Source: Jiangellales bacterium
GTDB taxonomy: Bacteria; Actinomycetota; Actinomycetes; Jiangellales; Jiangellaceae
Direction: 5' to 3'
Assembly (NCBI GenBank): GCA_030447955.1
Contig: JAUJNY010000001.1
Coordinates: forward strand, 315,381 to 339,380
Length of the DNA: 24,000 nucleotides
The notes below the pieces were generated by a model. The model searched no databases, was not told the DNA's origin, and saw nothing but the letters and a program-made list of their open reading frames with translations. Positions 20,642 through 24,000 of this stretch are shown here, in pieces (the first letter of the stretch is position 1; each line of letters opens with the position of its first letter). The translations under genes and the position numbers were made by a program.

Positions 20642-20805
20642 GGCCAAGGCGAGCGCCGTCTTCGGAGCGCTGGCGGCCGGCGGGTACGGCGGGTTCGCCG
20701 CGCTGGCGCTGCGCGAGGCCGGCTTGTCCACGGGCTCCGAGCTGCCCGTCGTGACCGCGCTCACCGCGCTCGCTGGGGTGGCCGTGGCTGTCGCGGCCTG
20801 GTGGT
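20642..20805 (+). pseudogene. Fragment: diverged second copy of an internal segment of the DUF3180 gene
   Basis: Aligns without indels to 16512-16670, with about 15 mismatches in 159 nt by hand. It encodes KASAVFGALAAGGYGGFAALALREAGLSTGSELPVVTALTALAGVAVAVAAWW. Similarity fades after about 20800. Confidence 0.8.
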
Positions 20806-21215
20806 CACGCTTGGCGCATCGGCGGTCTCCTGCTGTCGGTGGCGGGAACACCTGGATCTGCGGCACACCCGAGGCGGACAGCGGCAGCGCCGAGGCGTCT
20901 GTCAGCCGTCCAGAGTGCGGTGTCAGGAGTGAGGTGCGTCGCCGCGAGGAGTTGCGCGTCGACGTAACCGATGCCGAGCCCGAACAGCTCACGGCGCTCG
21001 ATGAGCGTCAGGACTTCGTCCGTTGTCGCGACCACCGCCTGCGGCAAGCTGGTCAACAATCCGAGGACCTCGCGACGCTGAGAAAGTTGGCCGAGCGCGA
21101 GCTCGCCGACCACCCAGGGGTGACTCAGGACGAGGCCGCGCTCGAGCAGGTGCGCGAGCGGCGGCTGTCCGGTCCTCAGATGATCAATCCAGATCGACGT
21201 GTCGACGAGGATCAC
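20805..21215 (-). CDS. vapC: Type II toxin VapC (PIN-domain ribonuclease)
   Basis: 136 aa, GTG start. N-terminus (M)ILVDTSIWIDHL, then VVGELALG, GIGYVDAQLLA and LWTADRRL. Lies 5 nt downstream of vapB. Confidence 0.85.
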   Translation of the reverse strand: MILVDTSIWIDHLRTGQPPLAHLLERGLVLSHPWVVGELALGQLSQRREVLGLLTSLPQAVVATTDEVLTLIERRELFGLGIGYVDAQLLAATHLTPDTALWTADRRLGAAAVRLGCAADPGVPATDSRRPPMRQA

Positions 21216-21220
21216 GAGGG

Positions 21221-21409
21221 TTAGGCGCGGCGCCTGGGAGCCTCGGTGAGCGCAGGCTCACTGCCGCCCAGCCTCGACAGCCGCCGAGCGCTCTCTCGCT
21301 GGATGAGGGCGCGTAACGCCTCACGAACGAGAGCGCTCTTCTCCCTGGTCCCGGTGAGACGCTGCGCCTCGGCGACCAGGTCGTCGTCGAGCGCGAGGGT
21401 GGTCCTCAT
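21221..21409 (-). CDS. vapB: Type II antitoxin VapB
   Basis: 62 aa. MRTTLALDDDLVAEAQRLTGTREKSALVREALRALI is typical of the VapB antitoxin family. AAGGAG RBS lies 8-13 nt upstream. Confidence 0.8.
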   Translation of the reverse strand: MRTTLALDDDLVAEAQRLTGTREKSALVREALRALIQRESARRLSRLGGSEPALTEAPRRRA

Positions 21410-21670
21410 GATCGTTTATCTCCTTGACACCCACAGCGGCATCTCATGATGACACAAACCGTGCCGTGTCGACTCGGGTAGGGCGCTCGACCCACTCGCC
21501 CGCTGCCAGACCATCCCCGCCCGCCCGACAACAACACGACCACCGAGGAGTACCCGACCTGAAGGCCATCACCGCCTGATCCCTCGTGGTCCTCAGCACC
21601 GACGCATCGGCTGGCTGTGAGACGCCGGCGTCCGGCCTCGACGTTCCGGACCCGACGACTCGCCGTGACG

Positions 21671-22510
21671 CTAGGGCATCGACGCCGCCCGACCGTCGGC
21701 CAGCACCTCGCCCAGCCGCACCCAAGCCACGGTGGCGTCGTCCGCGCGTGGGTCGTCGCCGCTGCGTCGCGTCGTGGCCTCGGCCTCGCGCACCCTGCGG
21801 ATGACCTCGGCCGGGCCGGTGCAGTCGAGCATTCGCACGACCTCGGACCAGGTGGCCAGTTGGTACGGGTCCACGATGCGGCTAGCGCCATTGCTGAGGA
21901 GGCCCACCCCGATCCCGTCGGCCAACGGCAGACTCACGCGCACCGCCTCGTCCGCCGCCCGAGGGTCGTCCTTGGCGATCCAGTACCCCTCGGACCGGTT
22001 CCGCCGCCCGCGAAAACAATCGATGACCTCCTCGAGAGCCCGATCGTGCGCCGGGGTGCCGGGCGTGACACCGTCCAACGCCGCCATGCATTCACGTCGT
22101 ACCGCGACCTCACGCCCGTCCGTCACGACCCCGATCCCTCCCGCAGTCTGGTGCAGCAGGACGAAGGAGTCGCCGAGAACCAGGACGTCCAAGCGTTGCT
22201 GCTCGACGACGCGCACCAACGCCACGGTGGCCTGTGGGCTGCTCGGGTCGCCGATGTCGCAGGTGGCCCGATGATCTTCGGCCACGTCCTCGATGGACTC
22301 CGCCAGGATCGCGGCGAGGTCGCGCCCATCGTCGCGCGAAAGCCGACCGAGCAGCGCGCCCCCGAGGCGATGGGTGTACCAGGCGACGCCGTGACGACAG
22401 ATCGATTCGGTGCCGCGGATCCCGGCGCCGTCCAAGAGCGCGACGGCACCGGCCACCGAGCCGACGAAGTCCTCGTTGGATCGGTCCGCATGCCCGGCAC
22501 TAGTCAGCAT
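21671..22510 (-). CDS. PP2C_2-type (protein phosphatase 2C-like) domain protein
   Basis: Motif series SNEDF, ALLDGAG, LGDSF, LLSNGASR and DDATV is spaced as in PP2C-fold proteins. Start is uncertain: ATG 22510 (279 aa), GTG 22522, or the track start at 22600. Confidence 0.7.
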   Translation of the reverse strand: MLTSAGHADRSNEDFVGSVAGAVALLDGAGIRGTESICRHGVAWYTHRLGGALLGRLSRDDGRDLAAILAESIEDVAEDHRATCDIGDPSSPQATVALVRVVEQQRLDVLVLGDSFVLLHQTAGGIGVVTDGREVAVRRECMAALDGVTPGTPAHDRALEEVIDCFRGRRNRSEGYWIAKDDPRAADEAVRVSLPLADGIGVGLLSNGASRIVDPYQLATWSEVVRMLDCTGPAEVIRRVREAEATTRRSGDDPRADDATVAWVRLGEVLADGRAASMP

Positions 22511-22654
22511 CCGTACGTCCACAGCCGCACGGTATTTGGCGCTCCTCGACCCGGCGGGCGGGTTCTCCTGCCAGCAGCACTCAAAGCACGTTGCGACCAC
22601 AGCCAGCGGCGCAGCAGAGCCCCGGACGCACTTTCTTCGGTCGTACCGCGGCAG

Positions 22655-23803
22655 CTACGGGATCGAGGCCAGCTCCACGTCGGCGGGGTTCACGCCGCGT
22701 ACGTCTGCCTCCACCGAGCGGCGCAGCGCCTCGTGCAGGGCGCGCGGCGTCAACACGCCGAGGAAGCGCTCGCCATCCAGCACCGCCACCCAGCCGGCGT
22801 CCTCCTGCAGCATCGCGGAGAATGCCGTCTTGAGCGAGGCACGTGCCGGCACCCAGGCTTCCATGCGGCGTGCCCGGTCACGCACCAGACCGCCACCCAC
22901 CGCGTCGGCACCGACCCAGCCGTGCAGTCGTTCGGCGTCGTCGAGCACCACCCCCCAGCGAGCGCCCTGCGCGCGTAGCCGCGTCACCGCCTCGGCCAGC
23001 TGGTCGTCGAGGTGGACGACCGGAGGCAGCTCCAGGTCGTTCAGGTCGATCGGCGTCACCGACAGCCGCTTGAGGCCCCGGTCGGATCCGACGAAGTCCG
23101 CGACGAACGGGGTGGCCGGCGCGCCGAGCACCGTCGCCGGAGGGTCGTACTGCTCGAGGTGCCCGCCTTGGGCGAAGACCGCGATGCGGTCACCGAGCCG
23201 AACGGCCTCCTCGAGGTCATGGGTGACGAACAGGATCGTCTTGCAGACCTCGGCCTGCAGCCGCAGGAACTCCCCCTGCAGCTGCTCGCGCACCACCGGG
23301 TCGACGGCGCTGAACGGCTCGTCCATGAGCAGGACGGGCGGGTCCGCGGCCAGCGCGCGGGCGACACCGACCCGCTGGCGCTGGCCGCCGGAGAGCTGGT
23401 GGGGGTAGCGCCGCCCGTGCAGGTCCGGGTCCAGCCCGACCAGCTCGAGCAGCTCGCGGGCCCGATCCTGACGGCGCCGGCGGTCCCAGCCGAGGAGCTC
23501 CGGCACGGTGGCGACGTTGTCCTCCACCGTGCGATGCGGGAACAGCCCCACCTGCTGGATCACGTACCCCATGCCACGGCGCAGCCGTACGGGGTCACCA
23601 CCGGTCACGTCCTGCCCGTCGACGTAGATCCGGCCACTGGACGGCTCCACCAGCCGGTTGACCATCTTCATCGTCGTCGTCTTGCCGCAGCCGGACGGGC
23701 CGACGAGCGTCACCAGCGCCCCGGTAGGCACGTCCAGCGAGAGCTCCTGCACCGCGACGGTGCCGTCCTCATAGCGCTTGGAGACACGGTCCAGGCGGAT
23801 CAT
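22655..23803 (-). CDS. Glycine betaine/osmoprotectant-type ABC transporter ATP-binding protein with C-terminal tandem CBS domains (OpuCA/ProV-like)
   Basis: I prefer the ATG at 23803 (MIRLDRVSKRY), with GGAG 5-8 nt upstream. Walker A GPSGCGKTT, signature LSGGQRQRVGVARAL, Walker B LLMDEPFSAVD. CBS-like tail ...WVAVLDGERFLGVLTPRAL. Product is 382 aa. Confidence 0.9.
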   Translation of the reverse strand: MIRLDRVSKRYEDGTVAVQELSLDVPTGALVTLVGPSGCGKTTTMKMVNRLVEPSSGRIYVDGQDVTGGDPVRLRRGMGYVIQQVGLFPHRTVEDNVATVPELLGWDRRRRQDRARELLELVGLDPDLHGRRYPHQLSGGQRQRVGVARALAADPPVLLMDEPFSAVDPVVREQLQGEFLRLQAEVCKTILFVTHDLEEAVRLGDRIAVFAQGGHLEQYDPPATVLGAPATPFVADFVGSDRGLKRLSVTPIDLNDLELPPVVHLDDQLAEAVTRLRAQGARWGVVLDDAERLHGWVGADAVGGGLVRDRARRMEAWVPARASLKTAFSAMLQEDAGWVAVLDGERFLGVLTPRALHEALRRSVEADVRGVNPADVELASIP

Positions 23804-23875
23804 CGGGTCTCCGCTACGGTCGCCACCGTGACCGGCGTGGTCGCTCATGCGCAGACCCTGACCGAGGACTGCCTG

Positions 23876-24000
23876 GTGCGCAACGAGTGGATTTGCGCCG
23901 AGTACGTCACCACGCGCCGCGAGGAGATCCTCGCCGCACTGGGACAGCACTCGTTCATCACAGTCGTCTCCGTGGTACTGGGGGCTCTCATCGCTTTCCC
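23876..24000 (+). CDS. ABC transporter permease, N-terminal part (osmoprotectant type); continues beyond the right window edge
   Basis: Absent from the track because no stop lies in the window. Manual translation gives (V)RNEWICAEYVTTRREEILAALGQHSFITVVSVVLGALIAFP, which ends in a first TM segment. GAGGA lies 7 nt upstream of GTG 23876. Alternative in-frame GTG starts are at 23837 and 23828. Confidence 0.5.
   Translation, partial: MRNEWICAEYVTTRREEILAALGQHSFITVVSVVLGALIAF

Noticed and set aside
20454-21224. A 256-aa plus-strand ORF spanning the joint and running antisense to vapC.
   Set aside because: It is a read-through of the DUF3180 fragment frame into antisense vapC. Its first part is antisense to the ATPase fragment. 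It has no start context and is not a coherent protein.
21410-21670. The vapB upstream region: TGACAC direct repeats (21425 and 21450), GACAC-N10-GTGTC, and the 12-nt palindrome GACGCCGGCGTC near 21620.
   Set aside because: The repeats are plausible VapB operator half-sites, but they are short and frequent by chance. The GC palindrome has no loop or U-tract, so it does not make a terminator. This is not enough to call features.

Overview
High-GC actinobacterial chromosome segment in three parts. (1) 1-5000, all on the minus strand: an ECF sigma factor running off the left edge, a three-gene ABC importer (lipoprotein SBP, fused permease, ATPase) and a GNAT acetyltransferase. (2) 5045-16743: a conserved housekeeping block whose order matches, as far as I recall, the mycobacterial Rv3628-Rv3605c region: ppa, divergent dacB-like PBP4, Zn-metalloprotease, tilS, hpt, ftsH, folE, folP, folB, folK and a DUF3180 membrane protein. 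An rpf-LysM gene preceded by a ydaO-type c-di-AMP riboswitch sits between dacB and the metalloprotease. (3) 16744-22654: an accessory island in the convergent gap between the DUF3180 gene and a CBS-domain osmoprotectant-type ABC ATPase. It holds a disrupted LanC-like gene, an ArsR-HTH/MFS pair, vapBC and a PP2C_2-type protein. The two halves of the island are separated by a chimeric joint made of diverged second copies of the ATPase 3' end and an internal DUF3180 segment. A permease gene starts at the right edge. Several track ORFs are 5'-over-extended (ppa, ftsH, folE, folK, MFS, SBP, rpf, PP2C, second ATPase) and were trimmed using homology logic, RBS positions and overlaps. Many long ORFs are antisense shadows typical of high-GC DNA. 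I found no convincing new multi-gene system. The most unusual items are the recombination joint and stacked island, and a tandem array of 13-bp palindromes in the folE-folP spacer. All identities and counts are hand alignments with no database searches.
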